Assembly: GCF_019464535.1 (NCBI RefSeq) | Contig: NZ_CP080507.1 | Location: 1,230,001 to 1,262,000, forward strand | Length of the DNA stretch: 32,000 bases | Reading direction: 5' to 3' | Source of the DNA: Horticoccus luteus | Lineage (GTDB): Bacteria; Verrucomicrobiota; Verrucomicrobiia; Opitutales; Opitutaceae | Shown: positions 17,628 to 24,967 of the stretch, piece after piece | Layout of the letters: each line of letters opens with the position of its first letter | Numbering within the stretch: the stretch's first letter is position 1 | Program-made: the position numbers and the translations under genes | The notes under the pieces: generated by a model | The model's database searches: none | Told to the model about the DNA's origin: nothing | Seen by the model: only the letters and a program-made list of their open reading frames with translations

Positions 17628-18905
17628 TTATTTGAGGCTTTGGAGGTAGGCGACGAGGGCGTGAACTTCGCCGTCGGTCAGCTTGATGTTGGTGACGGTT
17701 TCACCCGTGGGCTCGACCGTGACGTAACCCTTCATCGCACCGATGCCATAATACATATGGTTGCCCGGTTTGACGCGATCAGGGTGGGAGATCCAACGCC
17801 CGAGTTGATCGGCATCGTTCTCAAGAAGTCCGCCGGCGATGGTGGTGCGGGCGCCGACATGGGTGAGGTTGGGGGCCGTGGTGCCGACGCCTTCCTGCCC
17901 GCGGACCGTGTGGCAGGTCACGCAATTGTGCTGTTGGAATAGTTTGCGGCCTTCGGCGATCAGCGCGGGGTTTTCGTCGGCTTCCGGATGCTGTTTGGCG
18001 CGCCACGCATCGAGCGGCGAAACATCGAATTTCTCGCTGTAGCCGGGGGCGTTTTGCTTGAAGGTTTTCAGGGACGCAAATTCGGCGTGGGCGCCGCTGT
18101 TGTTCGCCGCCGTGGCCGCGACGGTGCGAGCGGGTTGTTTCTGCTGCGCGACCCATTCGTTGAATTCTTGTTGTTCGAGCGCGATCACGCGGAAGCGCAT
18201 AACGGCGTGGGATTCACCGCAGTATTCGGCGCATTGCCCCCAGAAGTAACCGGGCTTTTCCGCCTCGAACCAGAGGGAGTTGCCGCGATTGGGAATCATG
18301 TCCACTTTGCCGGCGAGTTTGGGAATCCAGAAGCTGTGGATGACGTCGGTCGTGCGAAGATTGACGTGAATGGGGCGACCGGCCGGGACGACGAGCTCGT
18401 TGGCCGTGATGAGCGGGCCGACGTTCTCGATCTGCTCGTGCGGATATTCGAAATGGAACCACCATTGGTAGCCAGTGGCTGTCACTTCGTAGGCGTTCTC
18501 GCGCTGAGCCTCGGGGACGTCGTAGGTATACCAAATCGCGTGGAGGGTGGGAAACGCGATGATGGCGAGGGCGAGCACGGAAGCGCCGACGAGGCCGAGT
18601 TCGACCATCGGGTTGCCGTGGCTTTGCTCCGGCGGCTCGGCGTGTTCGTCGGCGTCGGTGCGGGCGCGGAACTTCAACGTCGCATAGGCGAGGATCGCCC
18701 CGACGATGAGGAAAATGACGAGGGTGACCCAGCAGGTGATGAAAAACACCCGCCGTTGCTCCAGGGCCACGGGTCCGGCGACTTCGATGGTCGACTGGTG
18801 TCCGTCCATCCAGAACGAGCACCCGGAGAGGAGGCTGAGGGTCCCGAGCGCCGCGGCGGCCCGGCTCCAACGAGAAAAAATCGCGGGAATATTAGACAAA
18901 CGCAT
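17628..18905 (-). CDS. coxB: cytochrome c oxidase subunit II with fused C-terminal cytochrome c domain (caa3-type), lipoprotein
   Basis: Lipobox LLSGC. CuA site HSFWIP...CAEYCGESHAVM. C-terminal heme c motif CVTCH. Trimmed to ATG 18903-18905. Confidence 0.95.
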   Translation of the reverse strand: MRLSNIPAIFSRWSRAAAALGTLSLLSGCSFWMDGHQSTIEVAGPVALEQRRVFFITCWVTLVIFLIVGAILAYATLKFRARTDADEHAEPPEQSHGNPMVELGLVGASVLALAIIAFPTLHAIWYTYDVPEAQRENAYEVTATGYQWWFHFEYPHEQIENVGPLITANELVVPAGRPIHVNLRTTDVIHSFWIPKLAGKVDMIPNRGNSLWFEAEKPGYFWGQCAEYCGESHAVMRFRVIALEQQEFNEWVAQQKQPARTVAATAANNSGAHAEFASLKTFKQNAPGYSEKFDVSPLDAWRAKQHPEADENPALIAEGRKLFQQHNCVTCHTVRGQEGVGTTAPNLTHVGARTTIAGGLLENDADQLGRWISHPDRVKPGNHMYYGIGAMKGYVTVEPTGETVTNIKLTDGEVHALVAYLQSLK

Positions 18906-19141
18906 GAGTGCTGGCGGACGAATAAGTGAGATTGGCCGAAAAGGAAAGGGTAACAGAGTTCGCGAACGCTCCTCCATTTCAAGCCCGATTTGTGCGAAGC
19001 GTGGCGGACGGCATTGACCACGCACGGCAGCGGTGCGTCGGAGCGGAAAAATCGTGACGAGATGAGAGTGTCGGCGGCAGAAAAGAAAGGTGGCGCTGAG
19101 GATTTGCGAAGTGCGCGGGCTTGTGGAAAGCTATGAGCGAT

Positions 19142-19633
19142 ATGAAAACACGATTCCTCCTTTCCCTTCTGGGCGCCGCTTTTCTCGCGTTCGGATGTTC
19201 GAAGAACGAGCCCGCGCAGACGACCACTGCGCAGGCCGAAACTCAGTCGGGGCCGCGCACGATCGAAATCACCGCCGGCGACAACATGAAGTTCAACATC
19301 ACCTCGATCGAGGCTTCACCGGGCGAGGAAATCAAAGTCGTGCTGACGAATATCGGCACGCAGCCGAAAGACGTGATGGGTCACGACTGGGTGCTGTTGA
19401 AAGGCGGCGTGGATGCCGCAGCCTTTGACGCCGCCGCCTCGCAGGCGAAAACGGAAGATTATCTGCCGCAATCCAAGATGGGCGACGTCATTGCCCACAC
19501 GAAGATGCTCGGGCCGAAGCAGTCTGACTCCGTGACGTTCAAGGCGCCGATGGAGAAGGGCGACTACACCTTTATGTGCTCTTTCCCCGCGCACTTCCAA
19601 GTTGGGATGCACGGCAAACTCACGGTCAAGTAA
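19142..19633 (+). CDS. azurin-family blue copper protein (cupredoxin), probable lipoprotein
   Basis: VMGHDWVL, VIAHTKMLGP..DSVTF and YTFMCSFPAHFQVGMHGKLTVK align residue by residue with azurin (VMGHNWVL, VIAHTKLIG..DSVTF, YMFFCTFPGHSALMKGTLTLK). N-terminus MKTRFLLSLLGAAFLAFGC. Alternative starts are ATG 19133 and GTG 19121. Confidence 0.9.
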   Translation: MKTRFLLSLLGAAFLAFGCSKNEPAQTTTAQAETQSGPRTIEITAGDNMKFNITSIEASPGEEIKVVLTNIGTQPKDVMGHDWVLLKGGVDAAAFDAAASQAKTEDYLPQSKMGDVIAHTKMLGPKQSDSVTFKAPMEKGDYTFMCSFPAHFQVGMHGKLTVK

Positions 19634-19676
19634 CCGTCGAGTCCAGCGGGACGGACGTTCCGCTACTTTAAATCAA

Positions 19677-19701
19677 GCCGGGTCCGCGGACCCGGCTTTT
19701 T
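19677..19701. terminator. bidirectional rho-independent terminator between the cupredoxin gene and the convergent DUF420 gene
   Basis: GCCGGGTC-CGCG-GACCCGGC perfect 8-bp stem followed by TTTTT on the plus strand. The minus-strand reading is followed by TTGATTTAAAG. Confidence 0.8.
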
Positions 19702-19715
19702 GCTGCGCTGATCCA

Positions 19716-20180
19716 TCAAGCAGCGGGCCACCAGCGATAAAGAAACAGATAGACGAGCACACCCGTCACGCTCACGTAGAGCCAGAGAGGGAAAGTCCAC
19801 TTCGCCCAGGCGCGGTGCCGGACGAAGTCGCCTTTGATCGCGAGGAGAAAGGTGCGCGGCACCAGAAACGCGATGGCGGCGGCCAAGGGGATGTGCGTCC
19901 AAAGGATGATGAGATAGACCGTCCTAATCGCGCCGGTGCCTCCGAAGGGCGTGTGGGCGCCGCGGCGCAGGCCATGGTAAGTGAGGTAGCCTACAAGGAA
20001 CAGGGCCGACACCACGACCGCCGAAAGCATCAGCGCGCGATGGGTGCGAACGTGAGCCGCGCGGCGAGCCGGATCGGTTTCCCTTTGCGCGCGCTTGATG
20101 AAAACGAATCCCGTGACGATCAACACCGTGGCGATGGCGTTGAAGGTGGCGTTGAGCGTAGGGATGTCGCGAACGGTCAT
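19716..20180 (-). CDS. DUF420 membrane protein (CtaM-like oxidase biogenesis factor)
   Basis: 154 aa, 4 TM. Pattern LNATFNAIATVLIVTGF...FLVGYLTYH...PLWLYVSVTGVLVY is typical of DUF420. ATG 20178-20180 overlaps the ctaB stop (ATGA). Confidence 0.75.
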   Translation of the reverse strand: MTVRDIPTLNATFNAIATVLIVTGFVFIKRAQRETDPARRAAHVRTHRALMLSAVVVSALFLVGYLTYHGLRRGAHTPFGGTGAIRTVYLIILWTHIPLAAAIAFLVPRTFLLAIKGDFVRHRAWAKWTFPLWLYVSVTGVLVYLFLYRWWPAA

Positions 20181-21052
20181 GTGACGAAAAACAATCGGTC
20201 GATCACCAAGGCGCCGCAGACGAGCGGGAGGTAGGCGATGGAGGTGAAAAACAGTCGCCGGGCGGCGAGTTCGCGACTCCCGGGGCGGGTGAAGCCCCAG
20301 GCCCGCCAGACAAACCAGAGGCCGCAGCCCAGCGCCGCGCCGCCGTAGAGGGCAGTGGTCAAATGGAGGAAGACGGGAATCAAGGTGACGACGAGTAACG
20401 CCACCGCATTGATGAAGGACCACCACGCGACCTTGCTTCCCGTTTCGTCGCGCACCGGGAGCATGGGAAACTTCACCGCGCCGTAGTCATACCGATACAT
20501 CCAGCCGATCGCGAGGAAGTGCGGGATTTGCCAGAAAAACAGGAGGCCAAAGAGCGTCCAGCCGAGGGCGGTGATGTGATTTTCCGCAGCCGTCCAGCCG
20601 ATGAGGGGAGGAAATGCTCCGGCCAAGGCGCCGATTTCTGTGCTCCAGCGCGACGTGCGCTTCGCGGGCGTATACCAGCCGAGATAAGAAATGATCGTGA
20701 ACAACGTGAAGAGTGTGGCGAGGCCGTTGGTCTTCACGAACAGCACGCCGAGCGAGACGATGCACATCAGCCATCCGAGCACGAAGGCCGAGCCGGGCTG
20801 GATTTTGCCGGTGGGCAGCGGGCGCGACGCGGTGCGGCGCATGCGCGCATCGGTATCGATTTCCATCCATTGGTTGATCACGGCGACGCCGCCCGCGGCG
20901 AGGGAGGTCCCGACGATCACCGCCAGCAGTTCGCTCCAGATCAGGGGCGGACGCGCCGCCGCATAACCGACGAGTGCGGTCACGACGGAGAGCATGCTGA
21001 GCCGCGGTTTCGTCAGCTCGAGATAATCCGAAAATTTCGCGGCGGCGCTCAT
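20177..21052 (-). CDS. ctaB: protoheme IX farnesyltransferase (heme O synthase)
   Basis: 291 aa, UbiA-type prenyltransferase. NQWMEIDTDARMRRTASRPLPTG motif and polytopic. The ATG overlaps the ctaA stop (ATGA). Confidence 0.92.
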   Translation of the reverse strand: MSAAAKFSDYLELTKPRLSMLSVVTALVGYAAARPPLIWSELLAVIVGTSLAAGGVAVINQWMEIDTDARMRRTASRPLPTGKIQPGSAFVLGWLMCIVSLGVLFVKTNGLATLFTLFTIISYLGWYTPAKRTSRWSTEIGALAGAFPPLIGWTAAENHITALGWTLFGLLFFWQIPHFLAIGWMYRYDYGAVKFPMLPVRDETGSKVAWWSFINAVALLVVTLIPVFLHLTTALYGGAALGCGLWFVWRAWGFTRPGSRELAARRLFFTSIAYLPLVCGALVIDRLFFVT

Positions 21053-22029
21053 GACGGGTCGCGTTCTTCAATCTGGTCGCGGTGCGCGAGCCAGGTGAGC
21101 CAGAAGGTGGAGGCGAGGAGCAACGCGCCCACGACCACATGTCCGGTCGTGATGTGCGGCTCGCGCAGGGAGATGATGATGTTCGCCCCCAGCATGATTT
21201 GCACCGCGACGAGGGCGACGATCAGCGAGGAACCGAAACGCATCACGAGCGAAGTCGAGCGGTCGAGCCGGATGCGAATGGAGAACCAGATGATCGCGAG
21301 GCTGAGCACGACCGCGAGAGCACGGTGGGTGAAGTGAATCGCCACGGGGAAGCTCCACACGTCGGGCAGCCAGCCGTGGTGGGCGTTGGAGTAGGGGAAG
21401 AAGGGGATGGCGAGCCCGGCGTTGTTATGCCGCATGATGGCGGCGACCGTTAATTGAACGAAGAGGAGCACGCAGCAGATTACGCCGGCGCGGCGCACCG
21501 GCCGGCTGACCTTGGCGCCGGTGCCCTCGATCCAGCTGCGTGACAGCGACGTGGCGATGGCGAAGAGGATGCACACGTAGACTTGACCGACGATGCCGTG
21601 GGGGATGCGCAGCATCTGACCAAACGACATGGTGAAACCGGGAACATGCACCGCATCGAACAGCACGCGGGTGCCGCCGAGGATGCCTTGAAAAATGACG
21701 ATCGCGAGGGCCCACCAGGACAGGGATTTCAACCAGCCGCGGGTTTCCGTGCGCGCGATCCACACCACCAGCGCGATGGTGATCAAGCCCATCATCATGC
21801 CGGCGAGGCGGTGCGAATGCTCGGCAAACATGTGCAGGTTGTGCAGCCAGCCGTGCGGATTGACGGAGCCGTTGGAGAGCGGCCAGTCGGCGAACGCCAT
21901 GCCGGCGCCGATGCTGGTGGTGAACGCGCCGAGCGTCACGAGCACGAACACCCACGTGCTGCCGAGGGCGGCGAACCAGGCGAGACCCGGACGATAACGA
22001 AGTGAAGGTTCAGGAGCGGAATCGGGCAT
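21049..22029 (-). CDS. ctaA: heme A synthase (COX15/CtaA family)
   Basis: 326 aa, about 8 TM, conserved His-bearing helices (FAEHSHRLAG, HFTHRALAV, TTGHVVVGALLL). First gene of the ctaA-ctaB-DUF420 run. Confidence 0.88.
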   Translation of the reverse strand: MPDSAPEPSLRYRPGLAWFAALGSTWVFVLVTLGAFTTSIGAGMAFADWPLSNGSVNPHGWLHNLHMFAEHSHRLAGMMMGLITIALVVWIARTETRGWLKSLSWWALAIVIFQGILGGTRVLFDAVHVPGFTMSFGQMLRIPHGIVGQVYVCILFAIATSLSRSWIEGTGAKVSRPVRRAGVICCVLLFVQLTVAAIMRHNNAGLAIPFFPYSNAHHGWLPDVWSFPVAIHFTHRALAVVLSLAIIWFSIRIRLDRSTSLVMRFGSSLIVALVAVQIMLGANIIISLREPHITTGHVVVGALLLASTFWLTWLAHRDQIEERDPS

Positions 22030-22119
22030 GGGCGGACGTAACAGCCGATGAGGAGCTCGCGCGGACGGGAGAGCAAACCCTTTGACAAATCTTTGGCCCG
22101 GGAGAATGCGTTATTCCAA

Positions 22120-23004
22120 ATGAAGCATGTGGTGATTGGCTTGGTCTTATCGTTCGCGATCGCAGTGACGGGATGCCGTCGGGCCCAATCCGCTGCGGCG
22201 AGCAGTGCGGCGGAGGAAAAGACCTACCCGTTGAAGGGTGAAATCGTTTCGGTGGATCAAGCGCGACATGTGCTCGTCGTCACGCACGAGGACATTCCGG
22301 GGCTGATGCCGGGGATGACCATGGAGTTCAGCGTGTCGGCGGGCGATGCGGCGAATGCGAAAGCCGGCCAGCGCATCCGTGCGCAAGTGATCCCGAGCAA
22401 GACGGGAAATTTCCGGCTGGAGCAGATCTGGCCGGATGATGAAACGTCGGTCTCGGCCGTCGAGGCCGGCGCGAAAGCGTTGCGTCAGGACACGATGATC
22501 CGCGGCCGCGGCGCATATCGCGAAGTGGGGGAAAACATGCCCGACTTCACGCTTTACGACCAGAATGGCCGCGTGGTGCAGGCGGGGCGTTTTCGCGGGA
22601 AGATGGTCATGATGAATTTCATTTTCACGCGTTGCCCCGTGGCCAACATGTGCCCCGCGGCGACGCAGAAAATGATGGCGACGCAATCGCTCGCGAGGAA
22701 AGCGGGGATCAAAGACGTGGAGTTCGTTTCCATCACACTCGATCCGGCCTACGACACGCCCGGGGTGCTGAAGGGTTACGCGGCGGAGCGCGGCATCGAC
22801 ACGAGCAACTTCAGTTTTCTCACGGGTCCGGAAAATGCGATCAAGGATCTGCTCGCCCAGTTTGGCGTGCTGGAGGAGTTCGATGGGCCGCTGTTGAAAC
22901 ACACGCTGGCCACGTTGTTGATCAGCCCGGAAGGGAAAATCATTCACCGCGCGGATGGCACCGTGTGGGAGCCGCAGGACTTCGTGGCGAAAATGCAGCG
23001 GTGA
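22120..23004 (+). CDS. SCO1/SenC-family copper chaperone fused to an N-terminal CusF-like copper-binding domain, lipoprotein
   Basis: Lipobox AVTGC. CusF-like KGEIVSVDQARHVLVVTHEDIPGLMPGMTMEFSV. Thioredoxin-fold SCO part FIFTRCPVANMCP ... LLKHTLATLLISPEGKI. Trimmed to ATG 22120. Confidence 0.85.
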   Translation: MKHVVIGLVLSFAIAVTGCRRAQSAAASSAAEEKTYPLKGEIVSVDQARHVLVVTHEDIPGLMPGMTMEFSVSAGDAANAKAGQRIRAQVIPSKTGNFRLEQIWPDDETSVSAVEAGAKALRQDTMIRGRGAYREVGENMPDFTLYDQNGRVVQAGRFRGKMVMMNFIFTRCPVANMCPAATQKMMATQSLARKAGIKDVEFVSITLDPAYDTPGVLKGYAAERGIDTSNFSFLTGPENAIKDLLAQFGVLEEFDGPLLKHTLATLLISPEGKIIHRADGTVWEPQDFVAKMQR

Positions 23005-23030
23005 CGCACTGCGCCGCGAAAAGTCGTCCC

Positions 23031-23951
23031 ATGGCCATCCTCACTCGCTCGCTCGATGGCGCCGCCTGGCGGCAAATCGGCCTGCTCAGCTTGGGCGCCG
23101 TCGCGGTGTTTGTGGGTTTTCGCCTGCTGCCGACGGGCACGAACCTGAGCCATGCTGATTTCCAGGTGCCCGGGGGCAACTCCATCGAATTCTGCGATCC
23201 GGCAAACCCGCAATTCATTCCGGTAGTGGCGGTGCGTTCACCGGTGACGCTGACGTTGACCACGGCGGAGAAACCGATGGCGGGGAAAACGGTCGACGCG
23301 TCGGTTGTGCTGCGAACGGCCGAGGGTAAAATTATCGAGCCAGTCGATCTGCTCGTCGCCCATACGCGCAAGCTGCACCTGATGGTGATCGATCCGAGTC
23401 TGACGGATTATCAGCACGTGCATCCGGAAAGCGGCCCAAAGGGGGAGTGGAATTTTCAATTTACGCCACGCTACGCGGGTTTGTATCGGATTTTCGCCGA
23501 CTTCACGCCCGCGGCGACGTCGCGCGGCCTGTATGCCAATGTCGACGTGGCGGTGGGCGGCCACGCGCCGGTGGCCAGCCCGCCGCCCCCGGGTTTGTGG
23601 CAGGCCTCGGTCGATGGCTATGCGTTTCGGTTGACGCCGGCGAAGTTGCCAATCGTCGCGCGGGAAGTGGTGGATTTGAAACTCACGATCACGCGCGAGG
23701 ACGGCCGTCCAGTCGACTTGGAGCCGATCATGGACGCGTTTGCGCACTTGGTGGCGTTTAACGACACGCGCAGCGGGTTTGCGCATCTGCATCCGAAGGA
23801 GACGGATCTCTCGAAGCCGCCGGATGCGATGCACCCGACGCTGACGTTCCGAATCAAGATTCCGGAGTCAGGTCGCTACGTGATCTGGGCGCAGATCATC
23901 GCGGGCGGACAGCAGCGGTTCGCGCCGTTCTGGTTCGACGTGCAGCCGTAG
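23031..23951 (+). CDS. uncharacterised membrane-anchored protein with two tandem beta-rich domains carrying a repeated His motif
   Basis: 306 aa starting 26 nt after the SCO stop. N-terminal TM anchor IGLLSLGAVAVFVGF. Internal duplication (KLHLMVIDPSLTDYQHVHPE vs FAHLVAFNDTRSGFAHLHPKE, each followed by an aromatic-rich strand region). I recognise no characterised family with certainty. Confidence 0.7.
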   Translation: MAILTRSLDGAAWRQIGLLSLGAVAVFVGFRLLPTGTNLSHADFQVPGGNSIEFCDPANPQFIPVVAVRSPVTLTLTTAEKPMAGKTVDASVVLRTAEGKIIEPVDLLVAHTRKLHLMVIDPSLTDYQHVHPESGPKGEWNFQFTPRYAGLYRIFADFTPAATSRGLYANVDVAVGGHAPVASPPPPGLWQASVDGYAFRLTPAKLPIVAREVVDLKLTITREDGRPVDLEPIMDAFAHLVAFNDTRSGFAHLHPKETDLSKPPDAMHPTLTFRIKIPESGRYVIWAQIIAGGQQRFAPFWFDVQP

Positions 23952-23958
23952 GCAGCGG

Positions 23959-23976
23959 GCGCGGCATCCGCCGCGC
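23959..23976 (+). terminator. GC-rich stem-loop just after the tandem-domain gene (weak terminator candidate, no U tract)
   Basis: GCGCGGC-ATCC-GCCGCGC, a perfect 7-bp stem 8 nt after the stop codon. Confidence 0.3.
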
Positions 23977-24030
23977 AGGGAGTTGCGCGTGAGGCGCGGC
24001 GGGCGGACGAGATTGCGTGCGGGTGCAGAT

Positions 24031-24052
24031 AACGCGTTGGCGACAACGCGTT
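24031..24052 (-). terminator. stem-loop downstream of the PhyH-family gene (terminator candidate, no clear U tract)
   Basis: AACGCGTTG-GCGA-CAACGCGTT, a perfect 9-bp stem 15 nt beyond the stop of the minus-strand gene. Confidence 0.35.
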
Positions 24053-24066
24053 CCACCTCCGTGGGC

Positions 24067-24897
24067 TCAGTGGCCGTTCTTGCCGTGGGCGGCGCGGAAG
24101 CGGGCCTTCTCGTGGTAGGCCTTCGTGGGATCAGCGTAGGCGTTGCCGGCGCGATCCTGGCCACGGGCGAGGTAAATCTGATGCCACGGGAAATCTTCCA
24201 CGTTGAGGCGCGAGCGGGTGCTGATGTAGCGCATCGTGTAGCCGCAACGCCGCAGCGAACTGGTGTTGGGCGGGCTGCCGTGGATCAGGCGGCCGTCGTG
24301 AAGACTGCAGTGATTGGGCGCGAGCTCGACGGCCACGGCGGCGGCGTCGTTGCGTTGCGTGCGGGTGATCTCGGTGGGAAACACCGCAGCTTCCTTCGAA
24401 ATATCATCGTAGTCGGAAAAGCCCGACTTGCCGGTGTTGTGCGTGCGCGGCACGACATACATGCAGCCGTTTTCTTTGGTCGACGGGTCGATCGCGAGCC
24501 AGACGGTGACGACTTCCATCCGGTCGAGCATCCCGCGCCAATACGCGGAATCCTCGTGCCACGGCACGCGTTTGCCATTGCCGCGGGGCTTGCAGATGAA
24601 GTGGCTCGCGAACAGCGCGATGTCGGGACCGAGGATGGGTTGCACCAGCCCCATCACTTCATCCGAGAAGAGCCATTCGAAGAGTTCGGGGTGCTGGAAA
24701 TGCGGGACGTCCATCGCTTCGGGCCGGGTGCCGGTGTCGAGCTCGTCGAGAAGGTGGTCGAAAAAGCCTTTGAGGCGATCGAACTTGGGTTGGGCGAAGA
24801 CCGGTTCGCGCGGCATGAGCCAGCCTTCGCGATTGAATTCCGCGACCTGCTCGGAGGTCAGACGCGCCGGGGGAGAGGAGAAAGTGGTGGCAACCAT
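24067..24897 (-). CDS. phytanoyl-CoA dioxygenase (PhyH) family Fe(II)/2-oxoglutarate oxygenase
   Basis: 276 aa. Facial-triad motif VPWHEDSAYW (HxD) and distal HDGRLIHGSPPN. The N-terminal FNREGWL is typical of the family. Confidence 0.8.
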   Translation of the reverse strand: MVATTFSSPPARLTSEQVAEFNREGWLMPREPVFAQPKFDRLKGFFDHLLDELDTGTRPEAMDVPHFQHPELFEWLFSDEVMGLVQPILGPDIALFASHFICKPRGNGKRVPWHEDSAYWRGMLDRMEVVTVWLAIDPSTKENGCMYVVPRTHNTGKSGFSDYDDISKEAAVFPTEITRTQRNDAAAVAVELAPNHCSLHDGRLIHGSPPNTSSLRRCGYTMRYISTRSRLNVEDFPWHQIYLARGQDRAGNAYADPTKAYHEKARFRAAHGKNGH

Positions 24898-24967
24898 GAT
24901 TACGTTATATCGCCTTTAGGGCGCAAAATCTTGCCATAAACGAGCGTTTTCTGGTGTTTTATTGCTC

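Noticed and set aside
16196-17635. 479-aa plus-strand ORF antisense to ctaD (similar cases at 1132-2589, 9947-11275, 14616-15653, 29817-31286)
   Set aside because: All lie opposite strongly supported genes and have Gly/Asp/Glu/Arg/His-rich low-complexity translations with no motifs.
20186-20192. G_TTT_TTC run just before the ctaB stop, considered as a second slippery site at an ATGA junction
   Set aside because: It is not a canonical X_XXY_YYZ heptamer, because the P-site tRNA cannot re-pair on GTT in the -1 frame. The ctaA/ctaB junction has no such run either.
18912-22038. GGCGGACG motif next to the coxB start (18912), again at 18992 and next to the ctaA start (22031), considered as a shared operator
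   Set aside because: The same GC-rich 8-mer also occurs inside coding regions (for example near 1465, 4113, 4569, 20947 and 24003). Its presence in the control regions is therefore compatible with chance in this composition.
22082-22087. Perfect TTGACA -35 hexamers at 22082 (upstream of SCO) and 7850 (upstream of the GATase-like gene)
   Set aside because: No acceptable -10 element lies at 16-19 nt spacing in either case, and the promoter consensus of this organism is unknown. They are not reported as promoters.
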